A stretch of DNA of 64,000 nt from Octopus sinensis (taxonomy: Eukaryota). Both the position numbers and the translations under genes were made by a program. The stretch lies in contig NC_043018.1 in the NCBI RefSeq assembly GCF_006345805.1, positions 23,312,001-23,376,000 of the forward strand, given 5' to 3'. Below, one piece after another: positions 1 to 12,415 of the stretch. Each line of letters starts with the position of its first letter. The stretch's first letter is position 1. The notes below the pieces were generated by a model. It made no database searches, was not told the DNA's origin, and saw only the letters and a list, made by a program, of their open reading frames with translations.

Positions 1-802
1 ACGAATGTACTGAAGAGATTTGCTCTGATATTATCATTTAAATATGAATAGGTAAATTCGGGCGGCTTTGGGCGGTTTGGTTTCATAAACCAAAATTTTG
101 TTCGGGCGGCTTTGGGCGGTTTGGTAACGAAAGGGTTAATACTTTTATATTCCTAAATAATCTACAAGGAAAGAGAAGTGGGTAGATAATTATGTAAGAT
201 TAGTAGGGTTAAGTAAGATAATTGATTCATTGCTTAATTAATGTTTGGAACATAATTGAACAAAAGGCATGTGTTAGTATGTTAGAATGGTGTTTGGAAC
301 ATAGCAAAAGACAAATATATATATTGTTGCATAAAGATAGTGTTTGGCCCATAGCTTATCAAAAGACATTGTTTATATTAAGATGGTGTTTGGAAGATAA
401 TGAGACCCTTATATATTAACATATTAAAACAGTGTTTGAAACAGGACAAATATATATTGGTACAAGATGACGGTATTTGGAAGAATCAAAATCGAAATCA
501 ATCAACATCAATGGAAATTGTAGCTGTGATTACCAGTGCCGGTGGCACGTAAGAGAACCATCCGAATGTGACCATTGCCAGCGCCACCCCAACTGGCCTC
601 CGTGCCGGTGGCACGTAAAAAGCACCATCCAATCGTGACCATTGCCAGCCTCGTCTGGCCTTCGTGCCGGTGGCACGTAAAAAGCACCATCTGATCGTGG
701 TCGTTTGCCAGCCTCGTCTGGCACATAAAAAGCACCCAATACACTCACGGAATGGTTAGCGTTAGGAAGGGCACAATTCATTTTGTGCCCCATTTCTTTT
801 AA

Positions 803-1023
803 CCCTTTAACATTGAGATTATTCTGAAAAATGTAATGCTTTGTCATCCACATCGTTTTTAATTAATCTTGAATTATTTTGTTGCTTTGAAAATTACAAT
901 GATGTGATTGTGTATTTTATAATGGCATTGCCGGGTAAGATGTGATAGGCAGGATCTGGCTGGCAAGAACATAAAGCTGGTAGCATATTAGGGCCAGATA
1001 TGGCTGGTTTAAACACTAAAGGG
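803..1023. mobile_element. piggyBac-like (TTAA) MITE
   Basis: ttaa|CCCTTTA...TAAAGGG|tcaa termini. Confidence 0.7.
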
Positions 1024-1667
1024 TCAATTCTCATTTTTCATCAACAGTTCCGACAAATCGGTCAAGGCATTGACAATGCTAGCAGAATGTTGGCAAGAAG
1101 TCACGGACAACGAAGGAGAATGTATTATTGACTGTGTTAAAATTGTTGATGAAAAATAAGGATTAAAATAATGGGAGAAAAGAAAAGAACGAATTTCTCT
1201 GACAGCCCTGTACATAACAAGGCTGGTCTATATAGCGTATGTGTATGTATAATGTGCAGATCTACATATTCTAATCTTTGTAGAAATGGTGTATCAGAGA
1301 CAAAATATTTGATAGGATTAAAGTACTAGATAACTGACATAATCATAATTTCACATTCATGATCAAGGTAGATAACTCTGCTTGATCTCAAATATAAACC
1401 AACGCGAGAAGTCTTAACGTTGTGCATGTAATCTAGACATATGTATACTATGTGCACATAGATATGTGATTACTATATATATATGTGTGTGTATGTGCAT
1501 GTATATAATAAATATATATATATATATATATATAGTTGAAAAAAGATTAGAGATCTATACAAATGAAATTTTTACATATAAAAGATGGATACAGTTCTTT
1601 GACGGATATTTGTCCTCGTCTTGTTTGTTGTTAACCCCAAGATTCCGAGTTCGTTTCCAGGCAGTGA

Positions 1668-1702
<35 letters not shown>

Positions 1703-2241
1703 TCGGAAAAATACCTTAGGAATGAGAACCCAGGTTTGAAATTCCCCCAGGACATCTGATGAAGACTGGAGGTGTACATCAGCTGAAACACTGTGTTAAC
1801 AACAAACAAGATGAGGACAAATATCCGTCAAATGTAAATAATAGAAGATGGACGTGGAAACAACAGAGAAATAAATCTAAGACATTTGATGATGAAATTC
1901 ATCTTATCATTACCAGTAATATTCTATATTTTCTTTATATAATTTTTAAGAGTGGCATACGTGTGAAGCATTTCCAAGTCGGTGACAATAAGGGTATCCA
2001 ACTGTAGAAAACTTGCCTCAATAAATGTGATCTGACCCCTATAAGCATAGAGAAGCAGGCGTTGGGGAAAATATGATGAATCAATATGTTTACCATTAAG
2101 GTTTTTGTTTTACTAATTTCTGCAACTACCAATATTGATAAATGTGTCTCTTTGCCTACCCTGCGAACCCACCATTCATAACGTATGCTAATTCAACACA
2201 ACTGACTCTAACCACATTCTATTGTTCTCTCCTCCATTTAG

Positions 2242-2481
2242 ACTATGAACGTGCTGCTTGTCTCTCTGAGAAGTTACTCACCAGCCTCCCAGCTCACGTG
2301 ACCTCACAAAGTTTCTCCACTCCCATGCTCATTCAAATTATTGCCATCAACCTGTTTACTATGCACCACGCCAAACGACAAATGAACGATGGTTTCTTCG
2401 ACTCCAACAGCCAACCTGACAAGCAGGAAGAGGAAAGTAAAGTGGAGGAGAAGGGATTTGATATGGCGTTCAATTTTACAG
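2242..2481 (+). CDS. SMG7: SMG7 internal exon (first in window), EST1/helical domain
   Basis: tttag acceptor at 2237-2241, gtgagt donor at 2482. Translates YERAACLSEKLLTSLPAHVTSQSFSTPMLIQIIAINLFTMHHAK..., resembling the vertebrate SMG7 segment 'VINLFQLHH' (recalled). Phase 1 to phase 1. Confidence 0.9.
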
Positions 2482-2582
2482 GTGAGTGATTGCATACTTA
2501 ACCAGGATGTAAGTAGCTTGCTATAGAATATACCACAAGGTAACCATCAGACTATAATATATATATATATAATATATATATA

Positions 2583-2616
<34 letters not shown>

Positions 2617-2617
<1 letters not shown>

Positions 2618-3014
2618 GGCGCAGGAGTGGCTGTGTGGTAAGTAGCTTGTTTACCAACCACATGGTTCTGGTTTCAGTCCCACTGTGTGGCATCTTGGGC
2701 AAGTGTCTTCTGCTATAGCCCCGGGCCGACTAATGCCTTGTGAGTGGATTTGGTAGACGGAAACTGAAAGAAGCCTGTCGTATATATGTATATATATATG
2801 TATGTATGTGTGTGTGTGTCTGTGTTTGTTCCCCTAGCATTGCTTGACAACTGATGCTGGTGTGTTTACGTCCCCGTCACTTAGCGGTTCGGCAAAAAGA
2901 GACCGATAGAATAAGTACTGGGCTAACAAAAAGAATAAGTCCCGAGGTCGAGTTGCTCGACTAAAGGCGGTGCTCCAGCATGGCCGCAGTCAAATGACTG
3001 AAACAAGTAAAAGA

Positions 3015-3016
<2 letters not shown>
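2617..3016 (+). mobile_element. tRNA-derived SINE family A (full length)
   Basis: A-box-like TGGCTGTGTGG and B-box-like GGTTTCAGTCC, internal (AT/GT)n, (AAAGAGT) tail. Other copies include 16876-17299(-), 56595-57022(-) and 62263-62680(+). Confidence 0.85.
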
Positions 3017-3103
<87 letters not shown>

Positions 3104-3223
3104 TTCAGCAAAATTTAGATTCAAATGAATATGGTACTTAAGTTAGATGCACCAGAATTCTGCATGGTGTTATCCATATAAATCCATGGAGGTAATCAAA
3201 ATAAGCGACAAGAATAACTCCGG

Positions 3224-3314
3224 TAATTTGGTACGATCGTTTCGCACTACATCATTTTATTAAATGTTGTAAGTATTACAACAGTTTTAAAATGATGAAC
3301 ACTCATCAGCCATT
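3224..3314 (-). ncRNA. type I hammerhead motif, intact core, weak stem I
   Basis: Minus strand: UGG-CUGAUGA-GUGUUCAUCAUUUU...AAAAUGAUGUAGUGC-GAAA-CGAUCG-UA|CCA. Long stem II, only 3 bp of stem I. Confidence 0.55.
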
Positions 3315-4250
3315 AATAGAGGTTTTCCATTAATACATAATTTTCATATCAAGTGGTAACATTATAGAGAAGGTAGATATATAGACAAAGATGTGGATTT
3401 AGATTTTAAGAACATTTGAGGTAGTGGAGCTTATCAACTGACTGACTAAAATTCAGTTGCTCCGAACCACTGTAAGGTTCTGAGAGGAAAGGACAAATGA
3501 AAGAAGACAACAAAGATTTTCTATTTATAGAAATAGGGGTGAAAGAGATGTCAGAGTTCCATACAAAAAAATTAATGTAGAGAAAAGGATTGTCACACTA
3601 CAATGCCAATTACTACTATTTGGTGAACAGATTTGGCATATTTTTTTTTTCAATCGACTCTCCTGCAAATTAACATGGGATCCCTTGACAACATGAACTT
3701 TATTTCATTAGGGTATCTTTGGCCTGATGAGTAGCTGGCGAATTACCCCTCGTTTGGATAATTACTACTTTCGAGGTTCTGCTAGCTATGAAATATGTAA
3801 CCTGAATTTTATCTACTCCATTCTCTAGTTTTAGATTTTCATTCACATACACAGCAACCCTGGTGCTAACCATAAACTCTAAAATAATATTTTTCAGTTT
3901 TTCGAACTTCAATTTGGGAAAAATTTACAACCTTCTACTTCAATAAATCACCAATGTTCCTTGAAGTTGTTTTTTTTTTATACCTTCTACGGATTGCTCA
4001 AAGCTACTAACTTCCTACACCTTGATCCTTCGGTCTTACCTTTACATATACAAGAATAAATCTCCACTCTCTCCTTTGTGTTCAATTATGTACTCTACTG
4101 AATATTTGCAATTCTGAATAGGAACAAGAAACTACCCAACAAGTGGAGCTTACAAATGCCAAAATCTGTTTACACTTGAGTATTAATTAATTGGACTGTT
4201 GTGGATAGCTTGCATCTCTACCATTTTATGAGACAATTCAGTATCTGCCA
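3315..4250 (-). mobile_element. degenerate Penelope-like element remnant (possible GIY-YIG region and pLTR)
   Basis: Decayed coding-like sequence upstream (on minus) of an HHR motif. A frameshifted YIGQ-like trace near 3720-3760 is weak. Confidence 0.35.
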
Positions 4251-4294
4251 GATTAAGTTATCCCTTTTATACTCTTTATATATATATATGTATG

Positions 4295-4333
<39 letters not shown>

Positions 4334-4863
4334 CCCAAAGTTTAATAATATATATATATACCTAAAATATATAATGTATATAATATAAATATATATACCT
4401 AAAGTATATAATATATAATGTATATAATATAAATATATATACCTAAAGTATATAATGTATATAATATAAATATATATACCTAAAGTATATAATATATAAT
4501 GTATATAATATAAATATATATACCTAAGGTATATAATATAAATATATATACCTAAAGTATATAATATATAATGTATATAATATAAATATATATACCTAAA
4601 GTATATAATATATAATGTATATAATATAAATATATATATACCTAAAGTATATAATATATAATGTATATAATATAGATATATATATACCTATAATATATAA
4701 TGTATATAATATAGATATATATATATCTAAAGTATATAATGTATATAATATAAATATATATACCTAAGGTATATAATATATAATGTACTAGCAGAATTGC
4801 CCGGCGTTGCTCGGGGCTGAATTGCTTGAAAGTACTGTTAATGATTGCACTGAATTATGATGA

Positions 4864-5385
4864 TTATTCAGGCAAATATTGATATAAGCTTACGGTGGGA
4901 GATAAGGACTTAACGATCAAACGTGTGCCATTGCATTGTTTTGGGGGAACCAAATTTCTGATGAGCATTATAGGGGCACCAACTTTAAGTTTGAGAAAGT
5001 GTGGTGGTAGTCCGGGGTGCTCAAAGGAATTGAGTACCTCTATTGGATAGTTGATGACGTCCTGTGGGTCAGGAGTTGTATCGATAGACTGATATACATA
5101 GACTTCCCCAGGAATGAGTTTTAGCATTTCATCATTAATATGGTGAACAGTTTTATTCCTCGGGGCCAGTATAGCCTTTTTGCCAATCCAATCCATATTC
5201 TGATATTTAGCTTGTAGATCTGGGAACACTGCATCTCTGAGATCAGAAGGCGTCTTAACAATGGTACAAATGGAATTGATGGCAATATTACCATTTTCAT
5301 CCCCTGGTATTTTGCCTTCGCCAAGTGCAAGGAGGGTGTGAGGAAATGCTGCTGATGTGATATTACGTCGCATATGAGCACGCAT
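4864..5385 (-). pseudogene. Helitron RepHel PIF1-like helicase C-terminal fragment
   Basis: ORF contains NMRAH, KAILAPRN, SID, LKLKVGAPIMLIRNL and CNGTRL motifs, typical of Helitron PIF1 helicases. Truncated at both ends. Confidence 0.92.
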
Positions 5386-5630
5386 ATTGGTGTGAAGTTT
5401 GAGAGTTACTTCCCTTTATTAAAAAAAATATGCATTAAAATGGAAAAAAATGATGGTAAATTATTTGTAAAATCATAGACTCATCGTAGACGCGCACTAA
5501 TACCCAGAAGGGCTCGATATGAAGCACGACTATAAGATAGTCTTGGTTAAACTGCATCGCAAAATGTGGGAGTAGTTAGGAATCTAAATCGGAGTAGACA
5601 GACACACAACCTTTCTTTTATATATAAATA

Positions 5631-6300
5631 CTTTCATCCTAAAAAACTTTGTATGGATTGAATGGTTACCTCTATGGAAATATATACATGCACATTATAC
5701 ATACATGTGTGTATAGATGAATATATAAATACATTTAAATATCTATATACACTTTTGGCCGATCTTTCTGTTTCTTAGAGATAACTTTAGATCTTATTTT
5801 CATCCTAAAAAACTTTGTATGGAGTGAATGGTTACCTCTATGGAAATATATACACACACATTATACATACATGTGTGCATAGATGAATATATAAATACAT
5901 TTATATATCTATATACACTTTTGGGCGATCTTTGTGCTACTTAGAGATAACTTTAGATCTTATTTTCGTCCTAAAAAACTTTGTGCGGAGTGAATGGTTA
6001 CGTGTATGGAAATATATACACACACATTATACATACATCTGTGTATAGATGAATATATAAATACATTTAAATATCTATATACACTTTTGGGCGATCTTTC
6101 TGCTACTTGTATATACTTTAGATCTTATATTCGTCCTAAAAAACTTTGTATGGAGTGAAAGGTTACCTCTATGGAAATATATACACACACACTATACATA
6201 CATCTGTGTATAGATAAATATATAAATACATTTAAATATCTATATACACTTTTGGGCGATCTTTCTGCTACTTGGATATAGGTCTTATATTCGTCCTAAG
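5631..6300. repeat. ~166-bp tandem repeat (about 4 units) inside the Helitron
   Basis: c(a/g)tcctaa recurs at 5635, 5801, 5967, 6132 and 6292. Confidence 0.9.
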
Positions 6301-7842
6301 AAACTTTCCTGTCACACACTCACTCACGCACACGCACACACACACACACACACACACGCACCCTCACACACACGTTAGCTTACAATTTTATTTATATATT
6401 TGCGTGTCTATGTGTGTAAAGAGGAAGTGGCAGAGTGAAAGAGTCACTCACTACAAAAAGTGAATTACTTTCACTTTATTCGTTGCACACTGTGTGTGTG
6501 CGTGTGGTGTAGGCCACACTAAGAGAAGCATTTGACTTATACACCACAATGTGAGTTTTCTCTAAATTTTGCTTAATTGGGGTTGAAATTTTAAAAACTG
6601 GACCTGGCATGACCCGATGCATTCTACTCATAAAAATGCTAGGTAAATTGTAATTGAAGAAATCCTATATTGTAGATTTCTATAAGATACAAAGGGAGGC
6701 AGATAAAATCTGCCTTTTATAATAAGAGATATAATATAAATATATATATACCTAAGGTATATAATATATAATGTATATAATATAAATATATATACCTAAG
6801 GTATATAATGTATATAATATAAATATATATACCTAATGTATATAATATATAATGTATATAATATAAATATATATACCTAAGGTATATAATATATAACGTA
6901 TATAATATAAATATATATACCTAAGGTATATAATGTATATAATATAAATATATATACCTAAGGTATATAATATATAAATATATATATACCTAAGGTATAT
7001 ATATATAATGTATATAATATATAATGTATATAATATAAATATATATACCTAAGGTATATAATATATAATGTATATAATATAAATATATATACCTAAGGTA
7101 TATAATATATAATGTATATAATATAAATATATATACCTAAGGTATATAATATATAATGTATATAATATAAATATATATACCTAAAGTATATAATATATAA
7201 TGTATATAATATAAATATATATACCTAAAGTATATAATATATAATGTATATAATATATATATACACACATACATACACACATAAATTAGGTATATGGTAT
7301 ACATTATCAACAGAAGCTGTATTGATATAGATAAGTAATATTTATCCCTACTTAAATATGAATGTTCTGATAGACCAAACTATCCTGCAGTGTTTACCAT
7401 GAGAGAGACTCTCCTGCTGATGGGAAGATAAATCCCCCACCATCTCCACCACTGGGACTATCAGATCACGTGATTTTGATCTTCCTTGGTCTTATGAGTG
7501 ATTGATGCTCGACCGCTAGAGATAGACAAAACCAAGGAGTTATCTCCCTGCTTGCAGTAGGAGTATATTTTGCATCAAAAAGCCAATAAAAGAGGTTTCC
7601 CTCATGGTAACAACCACAGTATAGTTTGTTCTAACACAGCATCCACATTTAAGTGGGGATAAATATTATCTCTTTCTAATATATAAATAGGAAATAGTGG
7701 CATAACAAGGTACCAATTTTTGCTGGAAATAGCAATAACATGCATACATATAACATATTATTCTTTACATATAAGATATAAAATATAGTAATATATAAGG
7801 ATACCAGTAATTATTATAAAAAACATGAATAAAAATTGGTAA

Positions 7843-7973
7843 AATAACTTACAGCTGTTTCAGCCAATAGATAAAAATTCTTCATTCTACCTTTATTACT
7901 CAAGTGGATTGAGGTAATAGGTAGATGAACATGAGGTACTTGTATATATCTCTAGGCTTCATCAGAGATTATA
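7843..7973 (-). ncRNA. type I hammerhead ribozyme with extended stem II
   Basis: Minus strand: AUAAUCU-CUGAUGA-AGCCUAGA[~79 nt hairpin]UCUAUUGGCU-GAAA-CAGCUG-UA|AGUUAU. Core intact. Confidence 0.65.
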
Positions 7974-8144
7974 AAATACAAATGTTAAGTTATAATAAAT
8001 GTAAGTATAAATATAAAATAAACAAAATATACACACATTTGAATATATATATAAATGTGTGCTTATATGCATGCACCCCCCCCCCACACACACATGCATA
8101 CATATTTACTTATTAGAGCAAAGTCCTCTCTTCTCCCTATAGAA

Positions 8145-8344
8145 CAGTGGTTTTCAACAAGGGTTCCGCCAGTACAGTCCATGGGTTCCGCAAGAAGTTA
8201 CAAAAATGCTAATATCGACAGTAATTTTTAATTCTCCTGTGCAGATATGTGTGCATAGGACAATTAAATTATTGCACAGGGTTCCTCGAGCCAGTGAAAT
8301 GTTTTCTTGGGGTTCCGCTCCAGCAAAAAGTTTAAAAAGCACTG
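8145..8344 (+). mobile_element. hAT-type MITE
   Basis: CAGTG...CACTG termini and perfect 8-bp TSD ctatagaa (8137-8144 and 8345-8352). Confidence 0.9.
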
Positions 8345-8534
8345 CTATAGAATATTCTGTAAAATGTATAGCAGATATATATATATTTGTCTGTGTGTAT
8401 ACACACATAGACTCATATATATTATTGCACATACATATATAAGTAAAGAGAAAAAGAGAGTGTGGAACCATTTTTAAAAAATGTATTTATATTGTTCTGT
8501 GTTTTTTTTTTTCTTTTTTCTTTTCCTCTCTCAG

Positions 8535-8682
8535 TTTTACTTCTGGACATATTGCTACATTATACTCCCAAGCAAGAACAGAAACTTCGAGATTTTTTCA
8601 CTTTACCTGCTATCAAGATACTTTTGGACTGGTTGTGGTCAGATCCAGTTTATTTCAGTAATAATTTCCTGAAATCTTCAAG
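8535..8682 (+). CDS. SMG7: SMG7 exon
   Basis: tcag acceptor, gtgagt donor. VLLLDILLHYTPKQEQKLRDFFTLPAIKILLDWLWSDP contains the SMG5/6/7-type LPAxKxxxDWL motif. Phase 1 to phase 2. Confidence 0.93.
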
Positions 8683-8759
8683 GTGAGTTAAAGTAAAAAT
8701 CTGGTCCCTCTCATCAAATTATTTCTTGCAGAAGTTCTCATGGGTGTGGCAGCTGACTT

Positions 8760-9157
8760 GGCAGACACCCATAAAGTTATCAACCATCGCACAAACAATA
8801 ACTCTGAGCACCTCTTCAAACTCCACCCATCTAACACCCGTGGACATATTTACAAAGTAAGAAAACAGCACAGCTCCCATGACTTCAGGAAACATTTTTT
8901 CACGCTGAGAGTTGCTGAATCGTGGAACAAACTGCCGGCATCGGTTGTTAGTTGTCGGAGCACTGCATCCTTCAAAACTTCCATGCTTCCTGAGATTCGC
9001 CAACACTACACTTGATTTTCTCCCCTCCATACACACACAAGCATGTTCACTTTCCAGACATTTCTACATTACTGCATGTACTTTATATGCACTTTCTGAC
9101 AAGTTGTGGTGCACCTGAGCACTGTATACAATAATTTCATTATTATTATTATTATTA
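8760..9157 (+). mobile_element. CR1-clade LINE 3' fragment
   Basis: Encodes NTRGHIYKVRK...FRKHFFTLRVAESWNKLPASVV...SFK (CR1 ORF2 C-terminus), followed by an (ATT)n tail. Confidence 0.88.
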
Positions 9158-11065
9158 TAGAAGACTTGAGGGTATGCTTCTTGTCCGATAATTTTACTAC
9201 TCAAACCTGATAGATCAGTCTATTTGTAGCACTATTATTTTGAGTGAAGTAGTTGGGTACCCTATTAGTGGTTGGGTACCCTACTAGTGGTTGGGTACCC
9301 TGCTTGTACTTGCTATTACAACAGTACTTCATAATCTTAGCAAGGGGTCTGCTCATCAAAATTATATATGTATGTGCTCTGTTTGATATAGTTCAAATAT
9401 TACATTGTACAATCTCATCATCATTGTCATTGTTTAACATCCATTTTCCATGGGTTGGACAGTTTGACTGGAGCTGGCCAGCTGGGACTGTCCAGACGCC
9501 AATTGTCAGTTGTGGCATGGTTTCTACAGATCAATGCCTTTCCTAGTGCCAGTTCTTCCCAACACCAACTACAGCTAGCTGAATCAAGGAATCCACATAG
9601 GCAATAAATGGATTGATGGTTTGCAGCCCAGAATCAAAGCTGCATTATATCCATTATCCAAAACATTGAATGAGCTGGCAGAATCATTAGCATGCCGGGC
9701 AAAATGCTTAGTGGTATTTCGTCTGTCTTTACGTTCTGAGTTCAAATTCCGCCGAGATTGACTTTACCTTTCATCCTTTCGGGGTCGATAAATAAAGTAC
9801 GTTGCGTACTGGGATCGATGTAATCGACAAAATCCCTTTGTCCTTGTTTGTTCCCTCGGTGTTTAGCCCCCTGTGGGCAATAAAGAAATAAATAATTGTC
9901 TAATGTGCTCTTCATTTGGTTGAACTCTAATGTACAAGTCAGGAGTGGCTGTGTGGTTAAGAAACTTGCTTCACAACCAAGTGGTCTCATTGTCCCATTG
10001 TGCAGCACCTTGGGTAAGTGTCTTCTGCTTATACCTCCCATGGGCAAAGCGTTGTGTGGATTTTGTAGGCAGAATCTGAAAGGAACCCAACGTGTGTGTG
10101 TGTGTGTGTGCATGCAACACCTTAGGCAAGTGTCTTCTACTTATAGTTCCATTGGCTAAACCATTGTGTGGATTTGGCAGGTGGAACTTGAAAGAAGCCC
10201 AACATGTATGTACCCTTGTCTTGACATTATGCTGTGATGGCTATAAATGAGCATTACCATCAAACAAGCGAGGTTGTTCATTTCCAGTCTTCCATGAAAA
10301 ATATGTCTGGCCAAGAGAAAAAAAATACTACTTTTTCTTGGAAACAGGTGAAGGTTGGTGACAGGAAAGTCATCCAGCTGAAGGAAAGTCACCTTAACAA
10401 ATTCCTCCTGACCCATGTGAGCATAAAAAAGTCGACGTTAAATAATAATGAAGTCGGCCAAGAGAGTTGATGACAGCACTGTAATCTAAATGAATAATGC
10501 ATGGGTGCACGGGAAACTGCTATGGTCTACCACTTGTGAAAGTTGCCCATGGCAGAAGGAATGACTTGTAGCAGGGTCAGAACTCGGGATTTTGGGACCT
10601 TAACTAAGTTGGGTCAGAATTCAGAGAGTGTATTGCAGTCAGCTCTAAAAACCGTAATGGTACTATTATAAATGAAACTATTAAATTCCATCAAGGCTGT
10701 ATATGGCTATGGTACATTCACACTTAGTTTGCACCCCCCCTATCATCATCATCATCATCATCATGAAGGTGAACCAGCAGAGTTGGTAGCATGCTGGGCC
10801 ATGATTAAGCAACATTTTTTTCTGTCTTTACATTTTGAGTTCAAGTTCCACTGAGGTTGACTTTGCCTTTCATCCTTTCAGGGTCCAATAAGTACCATCG
10901 AAATACTGGGGTCAAAGTAATCGACTGACATCCACCTCCCCTAAAATTGCTGGCCTTGTGCCAAAATTACAAAGAATCATTTATTGTCCAAAAATCTGTT
11001 GTTGAAAGAAAATTTTTGTTTTCCTATTTTACCTTCTGTAACTCTTTATTTTCTCTTCTGTCCAG

Positions 11066-11145
11066 TGTCTGGTCAAATTTGTCTAAATTGCTGAACATGG
11101 TACAAGAACAACCAGTGAACGGAGAATGTCTTGACCTCTCACAAT
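11066..11145 (+). CDS. SMG7: SMG7 exon
   Basis: tccag acceptor, gtaagt donor. SVWSNLSKLLNMVQEQPVNGECLDLSQ matches the W..L..LLN motif. Phase 2 to phase 1. Confidence 0.9.
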
Positions 11146-11318
11146 GTAAGTTATTTTGAACGTCATTTAACTGTTCTGATACCAACCTGTCTGAGACTGG
11201 CTCTGGTTCTGTCATACAAACTTTGTTTTAAAGTGATCAAAATTAAAATCTTCCATCAAAATTTCATATTAATTTATGTTCCAAAAACCAGCTTAACTCA
11301 TTGGCATTTAAATTGGCC

Positions 11319-11738
11319 GGCAGACACCCATAAAATTATCAGCCATCGTACAAACAATAACTCTGAGCACCTTTTCAAACTCCACCCATCTAACACCCGT
11401 GGACATATTTACAAAGTAAGAAAACAGCACAGCTCCCATGACTTCAGGAAACATTTTTTCACGCTGAGAGTTGCTGAAGCATGGAACAAACTGCCGGCAT
11501 CAGTTGTTAGTTGTCGGAGCACTGCATCCTTCAAAACTTCCATGCTTCCTGAGATTCGCCAACACTACACTTGATTTTCTCCCCTCCATACACACACAAG
11601 CATGTATCTGACTCATACATTGTTCGCTTTCCAGACATTTGTACATTACTGCATTATACTTTATATGCACTTTCTGACAAGTTGTGGTGCTCCTGAGCAC
11701 TGTATACAATAATTTCATTATATTATATTATATTATAT
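11319..11738 (+). mobile_element. CR1-clade LINE 3' fragment (same family), inserted in a TTAA-type MITE
   Basis: Nearly identical to 8760-9157. The flanks join as a gcatttaaattggcc|atatcc MITE sequence. Confidence 0.88.
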
Positions 11739-11994
11739 CCAGTCAAATATATTCCACCTTTTTTTTATGTTCAAACTGGTCAGATCCTGCTTCTCACACC
11801 TACCCTACAATATCGGTCTAAAGATAAACAATCACATCTTTAAAATCTTGAAGCAACAAGATACTGAATGATTAATTTGTAAAAAATGTGAATGAATAAG
11901 GATTACATTTGACAAAGTAACCTGAATGCTAAATGGTTAAAAATGACTAAGGTCTTTCGACAAATTCTTCATTAGCTTAATAATTAACTAAAGT

Positions 11995-12415
11995 AAAGGG
12001 CAGCAAGCTGGCAGAAACGTTAGCATGCTGGGCGAAATGCTCAGCGGTATTTTGTCTGCCGTTATGTTCTGAGTTCAAATTCCGCCAAGGTCAACTTTGC
12101 CTTTCATTCTTTCAGGGTCGATAAATTAAGTACCAGTTATGCACTGGAGTCGATGTAATCGACTTAATCCGTTTGTCTGTCCTTGTTTGTCCCCTCTGTG
12201 TTTAGCTCCTTGTGGGTAGTAAAGAAATAGGTATTTCGTCTGCTGTACGTTCTGAGTTCAAATTCCGCCAGGGTCGACTTTGCTCTTCACCCTTTCGGGC
12301 TCGATTAAATAAATACCAGTCACGCACTGGGGTCGATGCAATCAACTTAATCCCATTGTCTGTCCATGTTTGTCCCCTCTGTTTAGCTCCCTGTGGGCAA
12401 TAAAGAAATAAATTA
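11995..12415 (+). mobile_element. SINE family B (aaggcggcgagctggcagaa...taaagaaata) with internally duplicated body
   Basis: The ttctgagttcaaattccgcc...gtcgac core occurs twice. Single copies at 9681-9890(+), 17447-17690(-) and 33145-33372(-). Confidence 0.8.

Larger units (their letters stand above)
4788..6729 (-). mobile_element. non-autonomous Helitron
   Basis: Minus strand begins TC(TCTTATTATAAAAGG) at 6729 and ends with the hairpin CCCGAGCAACGCCGGG followed by CTAG at 4788. Inserted between A and T with no TSD; removing it restores the flanking minisatellite unit. Confidence 0.92.
4330..7260. repeat. AT-rich minisatellite (atatatacctaaggtatataatatataatgtatataatataaat) split by the Helitron
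   Basis: Same ~35-45-bp unit at 4330-4787 and 6730-7260. Confidence 0.9.

Noticed and set aside
3723-3760. CUGAUGA-G...C-GAAU on the plus strand
   Set aside because: It has GAAU instead of GAAA and no convincing stem I or III.
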